Source of the DNA: Candidatus Kaiserbacteria bacterium
GTDB taxonomy: Bacteria > Patescibacteriota > Minisyncoccia > Phycocordibacterales > Phycocordibacteraceae
Assembly: GCA_027451665.1 (NCBI GenBank)
Contig: DAIDIW010000005.1
Coordinates: forward strand, 2,955 to 66,954
Length of the DNA: 64,000 nucleotides
Direction: 5' to 3'
A program made the translations under genes and the position numbers. The notes under the pieces are model-generated. The model was not told the DNA's origin. It worked only from the letters and a program-made list of their open reading frames with translations, and searched no databases. Shown here one piece after another: positions 46,555-59,403 of this stretch (positions within the stretch are counted from its first letter, which is position 1; every line of letters begins with the position of its first letter).

Positions 46555-47307
46555 GTGGTATCCTCCGGACATATGTTCAACACCTGGTCTACCCGTAAGA
46601 AATGGCTTATCGGCAGCCTGGCGGCTGTCGTTGTCATCGGCATCTGCGCCGGCATGTGGTACTACACCGCCTACCACGCAGCGGCCGTGACGGCTTTCCC
46701 GATCAACCCGCAGGACACGATCGCCTCGTGGAATTTCAAAGGTGCCTATGCAGGCAATGCCACACTCGTGCAGCAAGCCGAAGCGCAACAAACGAAATTC
46801 ACGGCGGAGCTTGCTGCAGCTAGCAGCACGAGAGCCTATGATCTCTATATAAGCATCGGTAACGACGCAAATCTGCTCGGCGATGGTAAGCAGGCCTATG
46901 ACGCCTACGATAAAGCGGCATCGCTCTATCCGAACCAGGGGCTCCCATACCTGAACCTCGGGCATCTCTTCGATGAGATCGGCGCATACTACACGGCGGC
47001 CGATGCGTACGCGAAGGCTGTGCATGTGGAGCCAGGCGTGCTCGAATTCGATGTAGAGCGGCTTACGTTCCTCACTCAGCAGTTCCCGAACAACTCGGCG
47101 ATGATACAGGCGGCAGTGAAGGACGCATACAGCCAGTTCGGTGATACAGCGCCGATCCTCGAGATTGAGGCGCAATGGCTCGAAGGGAAGGGGCAGTACG
47201 CCGGCGCGATAACGGCCTGGCAGAAGGCCAAGCAGCTCTCGCCTGGGCAGAACACCTCGGCAATCGACGCGGCGATTGCGCGGGATGAAGCGAAACTGAA
47301 GCAATAG
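46555..47307 (+). CDS. membrane-anchored TPR-repeat protein
   Basis: TM helix (LIGSLAAVVVIGICAGMWYY) followed by TPR-like repeats (AYDAYDKAASLYPNQGLPYLNLGHLFDEIGAYYTAADAYAKAV). Confidence 0.5.
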   Translation: MVSSGHMFNTWSTRKKWLIGSLAAVVVIGICAGMWYYTAYHAAAVTAFPINPQDTIASWNFKGAYAGNATLVQQAEAQQTKFTAELAAASSTRAYDLYISIGNDANLLGDGKQAYDAYDKAASLYPNQGLPYLNLGHLFDEIGAYYTAADAYAKAVHVEPGVLEFDVERLTFLTQQFPNNSAMIQAAVKDAYSQFGDTAPILEIEAQWLEGKGQYAGAITAWQKAKQLSPGQNTSAIDAAIARDEAKLKQ

Positions 47308-47314
47308 TCGCATC

Positions 47315-49507
47315 ATGACCTGGCTGCGCAAAGCGTTCCCTTGGCTGCTCGCCGCTCCGGTCATACTGCCGCTCGTCATCTGGGGAGGGCTCATTTACCC
47401 GTACCTTGTCCCGAAGGTGCTGCTCTTCTATGCGCTTGCGCTCCTCTCACTAGCCGCCTTCGGCCTGCTCGTGGCGTACGGCGAACCGTTCTATTGGGGC
47501 CGCGTGCGGCACTGGACGGCGTGGATACCCGGACTCCTTCTCGCGCTCGCCTATGTCGCGAGCTATTTCGGCATAGGCTTCTACCATTCATTCTGGAGCA
47601 TATTCGCGCGCGGCGACGGGCTTCTCATGCTCACCTGCGTCGTAACGTACTTTTATCTGATCCTCATGAGCGCTACGCGCGCGTTCTTTGAACGTTTCGT
47701 CTACGCGATAGGCGCCGTGGGTACGGCCGTCGCGGTGTACGGCATCGGCGAGTGGCTCGTCTCGGGAGGCCGTATCGGCAGCTTGCTCGGGAATGCAGCA
47801 TTCTTTGCAGGCTATCTCGGCATCGCGCTTTATGCGACGCTCTCCGCTGCGCGGATCGCCGGCAGATCCTGGCGCCCATGGATCGTCGCGGGCGCCGTGC
47901 TTGAGGTGGTCGCTATCGTGCTCACCGCGACACGCGGTACGATGCTCGCGCTCGTCGTCGCCGGACTTCTCGTGCTCGCGTATTTCGCATGGAAGGGGGA
48001 GGGGAAGAGGAAAACCGGTTCTCGCGCGGCGCTCCTCGCCCTCGTCGTTCTCGGCGCACTCTTCTTCGCATTCCGCGCCGAGCTCGCCAAGGTACCGTTC
48101 CAGCCGATCTCACGCGTCGCGACGATCTCGACCACGCAGACGGACGTGGCGAGTCGCCTCTTCATCTGGAAGCACATGCTCGGAGAGATTGAGAAGCGCC
48201 CGCTTCTCGGGGTAGGAGCCGAGCACATCGACTACCTCTTCAACCAGTTCTACGATCCGACGAAGATCGTCGAGCAGTGGTTCGACCGTTCTCACAATGC
48301 ATTTCTTGATTACGCCGCGCAGTACGGCGTCGGCGGCCTCGTCCTCTATCTCCTCCTCATCGGATCCTTCTTCGTGATCTCGCGACGCCTTTATCGCAGG
48401 GGAGAGAAGTGTCTCGGCGGATTCTTCGCACTTCTCGCAGTTACCTACGCAGTGCAGAACTTCTTCGTATTCGATACCGTGTCCTCGTTCTGGCTTCTCA
48501 TCGCCCTCTTAGCGAGCGCGTTCGCGGTGAGCGGCGATGAGGTCCCTGCGGCGCCGCTCCAGCTGCCTTCCGTGACGAAGTACGGGGCCTGGGTGCTCGC
48601 GCTCGTACTCATCGCGCTCATCTATCCCGTCTCGGTCCGTCCGGCAGAAGCGGCATATGATCTCGCCCACGGCTACGCGCTCACGCTCGTTGATCCTTCG
48701 GCGTCGCTCGCGTATATGCGGCAGGGATACGCGCTTGGGACATACGGCAATCTCGAATACGGATATGAAGCCTATGATATGTACGCGAATCACCAGTATG
48801 GAACGCTCACCGGCGCCGCGCTTATCGATGCGTACGGGGAAGCGGCGCAGATTTTGACAGATGACTTTAACCGGTATCCGTATGATGCGCGTACAGCGCT
48901 CTATCTTGCGCACGTGCTCTCTCTCGCGCCCGCGGGCGTCCAGGTAAATCAGAATCTCCTCTCGGCGGCGCTCACTCGCGCAATCCGTCTTTCTCCAATG
49001 CGCAAACAGCCATGGTTCATACTCGTGAACCTTTCGATTAGTGCGGCGAATCATGCGCCCGTCGGGTCGTCTGCGCGTGAAGCCGGGTACCAGGATACGG
49101 AAGCGCTCCTCAAGCGGTATATCGCCCTCGTGCCGACCCTCTCCGAGCCGCACTACGTGATGGCAGATCTCTACCTCGCCGACCACAATCTGGCGAGCTC
49201 GACCGCAGAAGCGGCGCTCGGGAAGCGCTACTATGAACCGAGCTTGAATACTGCCGTACGCGCGGCGCAATACTACGAACAGGTACAGGACTGGCCCGAC
49301 GCACAATATTTCCTCACGCAGGTGGAGCAGCTCGGTCCGACCGAGTATGCGCTCATCTATGACCTGGCGAAGGTGGACTACGAGCTTAAGGACTACGTCG
49401 CCGCGCTCAAGGTCTTCTCGCAGCTGCAGGCGGAAGATCCCTCCGTCATCGGGACAGACCCAGTCTTCGAGCAGGCCATTTCTTCGCTGCAATCCTCGAG
49501 TCGGTAG
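47315..49507 (+). CDS. O-antigen ligase/Wzy_C-family polytopic membrane protein fused to C-terminal TPR repeats
   Basis: ~12 TM helices with a Wzy_C-like loop (ASRLFIWKHMLGEIEKRPLLGVGAEH..SHNAFLDYAAQYG), then a ~300-aa TPR region. Confidence 0.6.
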   Translation: MTWLRKAFPWLLAAPVILPLVIWGGLIYPYLVPKVLLFYALALLSLAAFGLLVAYGEPFYWGRVRHWTAWIPGLLLALAYVASYFGIGFYHSFWSIFARGDGLLMLTCVVTYFYLILMSATRAFFERFVYAIGAVGTAVAVYGIGEWLVSGGRIGSLLGNAAFFAGYLGIALYATLSAARIAGRSWRPWIVAGAVLEVVAIVLTATRGTMLALVVAGLLVLAYFAWKGEGKRKTGSRAALLALVVLGALFFAFRAELAKVPFQPISRVATISTTQTDVASRLFIWKHMLGEIEKRPLLGVGAEHIDYLFNQFYDPTKIVEQWFDRSHNAFLDYAAQYGVGGLVLYLLLIGSFFVISRRLYRRGEKCLGGFFALLAVTYAVQNFFVFDTVSSFWLLIALLASAFAVSGDEVPAAPLQLPSVTKYGAWVLALVLIALIYPVSVRPAEAAYDLAHGYALTLVDPSASLAYMRQGYALGTYGNLEYGYEAYDMYANHQYGTLTGAALIDAYGEAAQILTDDFNRYPYDARTALYLAHVLSLAPAGVQVNQNLLSAALTRAIRLSPMRKQPWFILVNLSISAANHAPVGSSAREAGYQDTEALLKRYIALVPTLSEPHYVMADLYLADHNLASSTAEAALGKRYYEPSLNTAVRAAQYYEQVQDWPDAQYFLTQVEQLGPTEYALIYDLAKVDYELKDYVAALKVFSQLQAEDPSVIGTDPVFEQAISSLQSSSR

Positions 49508-49904
49508 GTATAGAATGAGACCATGACAGGAATTCCGACCGCTTCTGAGACGCGTACGCGACGCGCACTCCCGTACGTCGTCGAGTTCGTCAAATTCTCG
49601 ACAAGCTTCGCGGTCATCATCGCGGTCGCTTTGCTTGCGCTCCACGGGGCAAGTGTTGCCGCCGCGGCCGGCTAGCGCTCGCTTGCTGGGGCGCTTGTCC
49701 CCTGGTATAGTGCGCTCGTACGAACCGGAGACCGTAGGCGTCCATAAGCCCTACGCAGGGAGACCGGCGCATCCGCGCCATGAGGTCGAACTCTCCTTTG
49801 TTTCGCTCGTACTTAGAGTAGCTTTCCGCTTGAAGCGTTGAGCTTGTAGGGAAGACAAGTTCCCTTGCTCGTAGCCGTCAGCGGTCAGCTATAAGCTGAA
49901 TCAC

Positions 49905-50405
49905 ATGGCAATATCGAAAGACAAGAAGCGCGAGATACTCGCGAAGATTGATTCCGCGCTTGCGGAAGCTTCGTCTATCGCGTTCGTCGGTTTCAAGGGC
50001 CTTACCGTCGCGGATTCTTCCGCGATGCGTAAGGAACTGAAGAACGACGCCGTGAAGTATTTCGTCGCGAAGAAGACGCTGCTTCGCCGAGCGCTCGAAC
50101 GCAAAGGCTACGCGGGCGCTCTCCCGGAGCTTCCGGGTGAGGTCGCTATGGCGTGGACAAGCGAAGACGCCACGGCTCCGGCTCGCGGCGTATACGAGTT
50201 CGGTAAGAAGCTGAAGGGCGCGCTCACCCTCCTCGGAGGCATGTTCGAGGGTTCGTTCGTCGATCAGGCGGGCATTACTGCGATCGCGACGATTCCGCCG
50301 GTGCCGGTCTTGCGTGGCATATTCGTGAATGTGATCAACAGCCCCATTCAGGGCATGGTGATCGCGCTCGACAAGATCCGCGAGAAGAAAGAGGCGGCAG
50401 CGTAA
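49905..50405 (+). CDS. rplJ: 50S ribosomal protein L10
   Basis: KKREILAKIDSALAEASSIAFVGFKGLTVADSSAMRKELKNDAVKYFVAKKTLLRRALE matches L10. Confidence 0.85.
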   Translation: MAISKDKKREILAKIDSALAEASSIAFVGFKGLTVADSSAMRKELKNDAVKYFVAKKTLLRRALERKGYAGALPELPGEVAMAWTSEDATAPARGVYEFGKKLKGALTLLGGMFEGSFVDQAGITAIATIPPVPVLRGIFVNVINSPIQGMVIALDKIREKKEAAA

Positions 50406-50429
50406 GTTACTAAGATTTCATTCATTACT

Positions 50430-50897
50430 ATGGCAGACGAAACTACCCAGGCTGCTGCTCCGGCAGAGGCTGAAATGAAGGAAGAGAAGGCTGCTCCGGC
50501 GGCGCAAGAGGAGATCGTAGAGGTGCCGGCGAAGTTCAAGGACATCGTCGAAGCGATCGAGAAGATGAGCGTGCTCGAACTCTCCGAGCTCGTGAAGGTG
50601 TTCGAGAAGAAGTTCGGTGTCTCTGCGGCTGCGGTCGCGATTGCTGGTCCGGCGGCGGGCGCAGCGGCGGGCGGCGAGGAAGAGAAGTCCACGGCAGACG
50701 TGGAGCTCACGGATGCCGGCGCGCAGAAGATTGCGGTCATTAAGGTCGTGAAGGAAGCGCTTGGTCTCGGCCTCAAGGAGGCGAAGGACCTCGTCGATGG
50801 TGCGCCGAACATGGTGAAGCAGGGCATGAAGAAAGAGGATGCTGAAGAGCTGAAGCAAAAGCTCGAGGCTGCAGGTGCGAAGGTCACCTTGAAGTAG
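50430..50897 (+). CDS. rplL: 50S ribosomal protein L7/L12
   Basis: Ala-rich hinge and C-terminal [55 protein letters not shown]. Confidence 0.9.
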   Translation: MADETTQAAAPAEAEMKEEKAAPAAQEEIVEVPAKFKDIVEAIEKMSVLELSELVKVFEKKFGVSAAAVAIAGPAAGAAAGGEEEKSTADVELTDAGAQKIAVIKVVKEALGLGLKEAKDLVDGAPNMVKQGMKKEDAEELKQKLEAAGAKVTLK

Positions 50898-50920
50898 GAA
50901 ATTCGCCACTCTTATGCCCG

Positions 50921-50957
50921 GAAAACGCGCCCCCGCCCTTGGCGGGGGCGCGTTTTG
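50921..50957 (+). terminator. rho-independent terminator (cgcgcccccgcc-cttg-ggcgggggcgcg + tttt)
   Basis: Perfect 12-bp GC stem + T-tract immediately after rplL. No rpoB follows. Confidence 0.55.
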
Positions 50958-50998
50958 CACTCCGGCACGCCGAGGGGTACACTAGCCTCGTTAACAGT

Positions 50999-51568
50999 AT
51001 GGAGCCTCTTGCAAAACTGTTCGGTTCGCCGGCGCGCCTCAAGGTGCTCCGGCTCTTCCTTTTCAATAAGGACACGACCTTTACCCAGGGCGATGTGGCG
51101 CTGCGCACTAAGATTTCGAAGGATGCGGCGCGCAAGGAACTCGCCGAGCTTACCGCGGCGGGGCTCCTCAGGAAACGCGCTGCGCGGACGCCCGCCGCAT
51201 TCCAGACCAATCCGAAATTCCCCCATCTTCCGGCGCTCGAGGCTTTCATTCGCGAGACGACGAACGTGCGGCCGGAATATGTGCTTGAGGCGCTCAAGAA
51301 AGCGGGGACGCTCCGGCTCGTCGCGCTCTCCGGTCTCTTCACCGGCATCATCGAGCCGCAGGTCGATGTCCTCGTGGTCGGAGACAATCTCGACGAGCGG
51401 GCGCTCGGGAACGGCATCCACGCGCTTGAGGCCGAACTGGGGCGCGAGATACGATACGCCTCCTTTCCGACAGCTGATTTCAAATACCGCATGGGCGTCT
51501 ACGATCGCCTCCTCCGGGACGTTTTCGACTATCCACACCGCCTCCTCATCGACCGGATAGGGCTCTAG
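50999..51568 (+). CDS. hypothetical protein with N-terminal ArsR-like winged helix
   Basis: FGSPARLKVLRLFLFNKDTTFTQGDVALRTKISKDAARKELAELTAAGLLRKR. The rest is unassigned. Confidence 0.4.
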   Translation: MEPLAKLFGSPARLKVLRLFLFNKDTTFTQGDVALRTKISKDAARKELAELTAAGLLRKRAARTPAAFQTNPKFPHLPALEAFIRETTNVRPEYVLEALKKAGTLRLVALSGLFTGIIEPQVDVLVVGDNLDERALGNGIHALEAELGREIRYASFPTADFKYRMGVYDRLLRDVFDYPHRLLIDRIGL

Positions 51569-51646
51569 GACTTGGTACACTTAATGAAGATGCTCGCCCG
51601 AGCCTCGGCTCCGAGTATTTAATCGTTAAGATTCACCGTATCCACC

Positions 51647-52330
51647 ATGGTTTTTACTACATGGGCGGATGTGCTTAACCAGTCTTTTCAGAACCTGTTC
51701 TACGGACTGGTAGCATTCATCCCCAATTTAGTCGTCGCAATCGTCATCTTCATAATCGGCTGGCTCATAGGGCTCGGCCTGGGCCGCGTGGTCGCGCAGA
51801 TTGTCAATTCGTTGCGCGTTGACCAGGCGCTGCGCGCCGCAGGCGTAGAGCGCGTCTTGAATCGCGCAGGCTTCGAACTTTCCTCCGGCAAGTTCCTCGG
51901 CTGGCTCGTGGAGTGGTTCTTCATCGTCGTCTTCTTGGTCGCGGCGCTTGGCGTCTTGCATCTCGACGCGGTGAATTATTTCATTCGCGATGTAGTGCTC
52001 GGCTATCTCCCACAGGTGATCGCGGCAGTGCTTATCCTGCTTGTCGCAGCGGTTGTCGCAGAAGCAGCGGAGCGTCTCGTCGTCGGTTCGGCGAAGGCGG
52101 CGCAGCTTTCTTCCTCTGGCTTCCTCGGTAAGGTGGCGCGGTATGCGATCTGGGTGTTCGCGATCCTTGCGGCGCTCTCTCAGCTCGAGGTCGCGACGGC
52201 ATTCGTTCAGACTCTGTTCACGGGCGTGGTCATCGCTATCTCGCTCGCGGTCGGACTCGCCTTCGGCCTCGGCGGCCAGCAGTCGGCAGCAAAATACCTG
52301 GAGCATCTTCAGTCAGAAGTGAAGGAGTAA
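51647..52330 (+). CDS. membrane protein with repeated TM-helix units (MscS-associated conserved TM helix-like)
   Basis: Five to six hydrophobic helices and an internal repeat pattern (NxxxxxPxLxxAIxIxIIGW... / ...LPQVIAAVLILLVA). Confidence 0.45.
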   Translation: MVFTTWADVLNQSFQNLFYGLVAFIPNLVVAIVIFIIGWLIGLGLGRVVAQIVNSLRVDQALRAAGVERVLNRAGFELSSGKFLGWLVEWFFIVVFLVAALGVLHLDAVNYFIRDVVLGYLPQVIAAVLILLVAAVVAEAAERLVVGSAKAAQLSSSGFLGKVARYAIWVFAILAALSQLEVATAFVQTLFTGVVIAISLAVGLAFGLGGQQSAAKYLEHLQSEVKE

Positions 52331-52345
52331 CCCCTTCGGTGCTCC

Positions 52346-52376
52346 GCAAACGCCGCCCTTGGAGGGCGGCGTTTGC
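52346..52376 (+). terminator. rho-independent terminator (gcaaacgccgccc-ttggag-ggcggcgtttgc)
   Basis: Perfect 12-13 bp stem after the membrane protein gene, upstream of the 23S leader. Confidence 0.5.
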
Positions 52377-52611
52377 ATAGGGGTTGACGCCGTGTATTGC
52401 CTCGCGTATACTCGCTTTCACGTGTTTACGAATCGAACAAACCTAATCCAAGGGGGAGGGCGATAAGCCCGCGCGTTCGTAACGAACGAGCCGCCCCTTG
52501 GGCGGCTCGTTCTGTAGAAAACACGAGTACCCTGACAATCGAATACGTGAAAGGTAAGAACTTAGATCGAAAGATCTAGGGTCAATTGCAGAAACAATGA
52601 TTGTGGTTTTC

Positions 52612-55885
<3,274 letters not shown>

Positions 55886-55957
55886 AAAACACAATCATCG
55901 TTTTCAATTGATCTTACTTTCACGTACTCGAGTCAGACCGAAACACCTCGAGTGTTC

Positions 55958-56076
55958 GGTTCTGGTGCCTTGTCGGAGGGGTCACACCCGTTCTCTTTCC
56001 GAACACGGCAGTTAAGCCCTCTTGAGGCGATGGTACTCACCTTTACCGGTGGGGAGAGTAGCTAGGCGCCAGAACC
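55958..56076 (+). rRNA. rrf: 5S ribosomal RNA
   Basis: ggttctggtgcc...ccgaacacggcagttaagc...ggcgccagaacc, with 5'/3' helix I complementarity and conserved loop C/helix IV motifs. Confidence 0.85.
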
Positions 56077-56087
56077 GAGCATTCGAA

Positions 56088-56120
56088 GCACAAGCCCCGG
56101 CCTTTGGCCGGGGCTTGTGC
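56088..56120 (+). terminator. rho-independent terminator after 5S (gcacaagccccggcc-tttg-gccggggcttgtgc)
   Basis: Perfect 14-bp stem. Confidence 0.55.
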
Positions 56121-56283
56121 TAGTATTGGTGCGGGACGCTCCGGACGTTCACTCCGAAGCGAATTGGGTAAGAACTGACGAGGTTGCTGTCACATGCCAA
56201 TGACTGCCGTACGGAGCGTCCCGCCATCCTTTCTCATGCCGCGCGTTTAGCGCGGCTTCTTCATTGCCTGTATACTGTGACCG

Positions 56284-57048
56284 ATGTCCTGGGCAGGTCG
56301 TCGGCGTTTCATCATTCTTTCCATACTCGGCGCGATTGTGATCGCGATCGTGGCGGTGACGCTCATTGCGACCCTGCACCACACGCCGTCGTGCACGGAC
56401 GGCATCCAGAACCAGGGTGAGCAGGGCGTCGACTGCGGCGGCCCATGCCCATACCTTTGCAGCGCGCTCGAGCAGCCGCCCACGGTGCTCTTCACGACGC
56501 TCGTGGGCAACGGCCAGGGCCGCATGGACGTGGTCGCGGAGATCGAGAACAAGAATACGGATGCGGCTGCCAAAGCGGTGCCGTACACGATCGATCTCTA
56601 TGACGCTTCGCATACGCTCCTACGCGAGCTCTCCGGAACCGTCGATCTCGCGCCCGGTGCGACGGTGCCGGTCTATATCCCGGGTGTAGGCACAGGCACG
56701 CAGGCGGTCGCTACCGCGTTTCTCTCGATCGATGCCTCGGCCGTACAGTGGTATCGGCTCGCACAGAATCCGCGTACGATCCCGCAGGTCTCTGACGTCT
56801 CCGTTTCTGCCACCTCGACCGCGCCGATGATTACCGCGAGCTTGACCGACCCCAGCACGGACCCGCTCTCGCAAGTCCGAGCGGTCGTCCTCGTCCACGA
56901 CGAGCAGGGCAACGTGATTGCGGCATCGCAGACGATCGTGCCGACCATTCCGGCACTCGGGAGCGCCACGGCCACGTTCTCATGGAACGCGCCGTTTCGC
57001 GGTGCTGCGATCACCACGGAGGTCATTCCCGTAATCCCTCTGCCGTGA
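56284..57048 (+). CDS. membrane-anchored hypothetical protein (Cys-rich juxtamembrane motif)
   Basis: TM helix FIILSILGAIVIAIVAVTLIATL, then CTDGIQNQGEQGVDCGGPCPYLC and a beta-rich T/S/V domain. GC3-rich. Confidence 0.5.
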   Translation: MSWAGRRRFIILSILGAIVIAIVAVTLIATLHHTPSCTDGIQNQGEQGVDCGGPCPYLCSALEQPPTVLFTTLVGNGQGRMDVVAEIENKNTDAAAKAVPYTIDLYDASHTLLRELSGTVDLAPGATVPVYIPGVGTGTQAVATAFLSIDASAVQWYRLAQNPRTIPQVSDVSVSATSTAPMITASLTDPSTDPLSQVRAVVLVHDEQGNVIAASQTIVPTIPALGSATATFSWNAPFRGAAITTEVIPVIPLP

Positions 57049-58196
57049 GAGGTTCCCGTTCGTTCCCGCGCTCGCGCTCGCTCGCCCAAAAGGCGTTCTT
57101 CGATTGGACGCTCATTCTGCCGGCGCTCGCGCTCTCGTGCCTCGGCATACTCACGATGAGCACGTTCGGCCAGGGTGCCTCGCTTGCGCCGCGGCAGCTC
57201 TTGTGGCTCCTCGTCGGGACCGTGCTCTATTTCGCGCTCTCCTCGCTCGACCTGCGCTTCATCCGGCGTACGCCGGTCGTCATGTCCCTCTATGTGCTCT
57301 CGCTCGTTCTGCTCGCGCTTCTCTTGGTAGTCGCGCATCCGGTCATGGGCGCGCGCGCCTGGTTCAGCTTAGGACCGGTCTCGTTCCAGCCGGCGGACCT
57401 CGCGAAGCTGGCGCTCATCGCGCTCCTCGCGAAATACCTCTCGCGCCGGCACGTCGAGATCGGCGATATCCGCCATATCCTCGTATCGGGTGGCTATGCC
57501 TTTGCGGCGGTACTCCTCATCGTCGTCGAACCCGACATGGGCAACGCGATCATCTTCACGGCGCTCTGGCTCGGGATGATGCTCATCTCCGGCATCAGCA
57601 AACGCCACCTCGCCCTCCTCGGACTCCTCGGACTCGTCGTGGCCGTTGGTCTCTGGTTCGGCGGCTTGAAGCCGTATCAGCGGGAGCGCATCATCTCGTT
57701 CGTGAATCCGGCGGGCAATATCCACGGGGCAGGCTATAACGCCTATCAGGCGAAGATTGCCGTCGGCTCCGGAGAGCTCTTCGGGAAGGGTATAGGCTAC
57801 GGCACGCAGTCGAAACTCCGTTTCCTGCCGGAGTACCAGACGGATTTTATCTTCGCCGCGTTCGCCGAAGAGTGGGGCTTCGTAGGCGTCCTCATCCTGC
57901 TCGGCTTGTATGCACTCCTCTTCACGCGGCTCATCCAGATAGCCCAATCGGCCGCGACCAATTTCGACGCGTTCTTTACGCTCGGATTCCTCATTCTCTT
58001 CGCCGCTCATCTTGCGATACATGCGGGCATCTCGCTCGGACTCCTGCCCGTCACTGGTACGACCATCCCGTTTATGAGCTCGGGCGGTTCGCACCTTATG
58101 CTCGAATTCGGCGCGCTCGGCATCATCACTTCCTTGGCGCGGCACGGTCGCGCGGCACCGAAATCGACGCTCGAGAATGAATTTCTCGGTGTGTGA
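57044..58196 (+). CDS. SEDS-family peptidoglycan glycosyltransferase (FtsW/RodA)
   Basis: QPADLAKLALIALLAKYL, GYNAYQAKIAVGSGELFGKGIGYGTQSKLRFLPEYQTDFIFAAFAEEWGFVG, TGTTIPFMSSGGSHL. GTG start proposed overlapping the upstream stop (ORF-track ATG at 56982 is in the same frame). Confidence 0.8.
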
Positions 58197-58209
58197 ACTC
58201 CGGCGTCCG

Positions 58210-59358
58210 CTACCGGTAGAGTGCGAGCGTCTCGCGCACCATGCGCGTTTGCGAGAATTCACGTTCGATCTTCGTTTTGAGCGAGGTGCCAAGTCGCACG
58301 CGTTTGGACGGATCCGCGTAAAGCGCGCGGAGCGCATTCGAGAGAGCGGGCTCCGACGCCCGCGGGAATAGGAGTCCGGTTTCCTGGTCCGTTATTGCCT
58401 CCGGGATGCCGCCAGTGTTCGCGGCGACGACCGCGCGCTCGGCAAGCCCTGCTTCGAGTATCGTAAAGGGGAGGCCTTCTTTGCGGGAGGGCAGCACAAA
58501 TGTGTCTGCGGCGGGCAGGTAGCGTGCAGCCTCCGGAAGGAATCCGGTAAAGAAGACGCGCGATGCGAGGCCGAGCGTCCGCGCGAGCGCGCGCAGGCGC
58601 TCTTCCTCTTCGCCTGAGCCGATGAGTACAAGTGCAGTGTCTTCGGGCTGGTCCGCGAAGGCACGGATGAGTAGATCGAGACCCTTGTTGTAGTGGAGTT
58701 CGGCGATAGAAAGATACCAGAATGGAATCGCTGCGGCCCCGGGAGCATGTGCGGCGAGCACCTTCCGCGCGTCCTCACGTGGAACGAGATCGTGCGGTGC
58801 GGCTCCGTTATGGATCACCACGAGTTTGTGTCGGGAGAAGACGACAGGCGCATCGAGAAGGTCGTAGCGCGAGACCGCGATGACCTTGGTCGCGAAGGCG
58901 ACGGTTGCCCAAGAGGCAGCCCATACGAGAGAACGGATGAGGCGGTTCTCCCTGCTGCGATGATCCCATCCGTGCGCGGTGAACAGAATAATCGGTACGC
59001 CCGAGGCTCGCGCCGCGAGCACGCCGAGACCGCCGGCTTTCGAGCTATTCAGATGCACGACGTCCGGACGCTCCGTATGGAAGAGGCGCCGGAGTTCGAC
59101 GAACGCGGCACATTCGCGAATAAGCGAGACGTCGCGCGAGAAGGAACTGACGGGGATGGTGCGGATCCCGGTTGCGGCGAGGCGTGAGGCAAGCTCGCCG
59201 AGCGGCGCGCCTGGCGCGCCCGTGCCACCGAGCGCGACCGCCACCTCCGCGCCTTCCTCTCGCGCCGCTTTCGCGAGCGCGAAGACATACGCCTGGGCGC
59301 CACCCCAGTTCGATTTCGTAATCACGTACAGAATCTTCCTGCCGGAAAGCGAGGACAT
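58210..59358 (-). CDS. GT4-family glycosyltransferase
   Basis: N-terminal Rossmann (ILYVITKSNWGGAQ) and C-terminal GT4 EX7E region (FVLPSRKEGLPFTILEAGLAERAVVAANTGGIPE). Confidence 0.8.
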   Translation of the reverse strand: MSSLSGRKILYVITKSNWGGAQAYVFALAKAAREEGAEVAVALGGTGAPGAPLGELASRLAATGIRTIPVSSFSRDVSLIRECAAFVELRRLFHTERPDVVHLNSSKAGGLGVLAARASGVPIILFTAHGWDHRSRENRLIRSLVWAASWATVAFATKVIAVSRYDLLDAPVVFSRHKLVVIHNGAAPHDLVPREDARKVLAAHAPGAAAIPFWYLSIAELHYNKGLDLLIRAFADQPEDTALVLIGSGEEEERLRALARTLGLASRVFFTGFLPEAARYLPAADTFVLPSRKEGLPFTILEAGLAERAVVAANTGGIPEAITDQETGLLFPRASEPALSNALRALYADPSKRVRLGTSLKTKIEREFSQTRMVRETLALYR

Positions 59359-59403
59359 ACGGGTTACTTTACACTTCTTGAGGGCGTTATACTATGCACA
59401 ATC

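Noticed and set aside
48509-49645. 378-aa minus-strand ORF over the Wzy_C-TPR gene
   Set aside because: Arg-rich antisense translation; the plus-strand frame encodes a coherent polytopic membrane protein + TPR.
50348-52306. Minus-strand ORFs 50348..50887, 50418..50960, 50884..51580, 51728..52306
   Set aside because: Overlap rplL, the wHTH gene and the TM-helix membrane protein on the plus strand, which have recognisable domains and GC3 bias.
56982-57043. ATG start at 56982 for the SEDS gene
   Set aside because: It would overlap the preceding gene by 67 nt and add an Arg/Ser-rich N-terminus not seen in FtsW/RodA; GTG at 57044 overlapping the upstream stop (GTGA) fits better. The ATG start remains possible.
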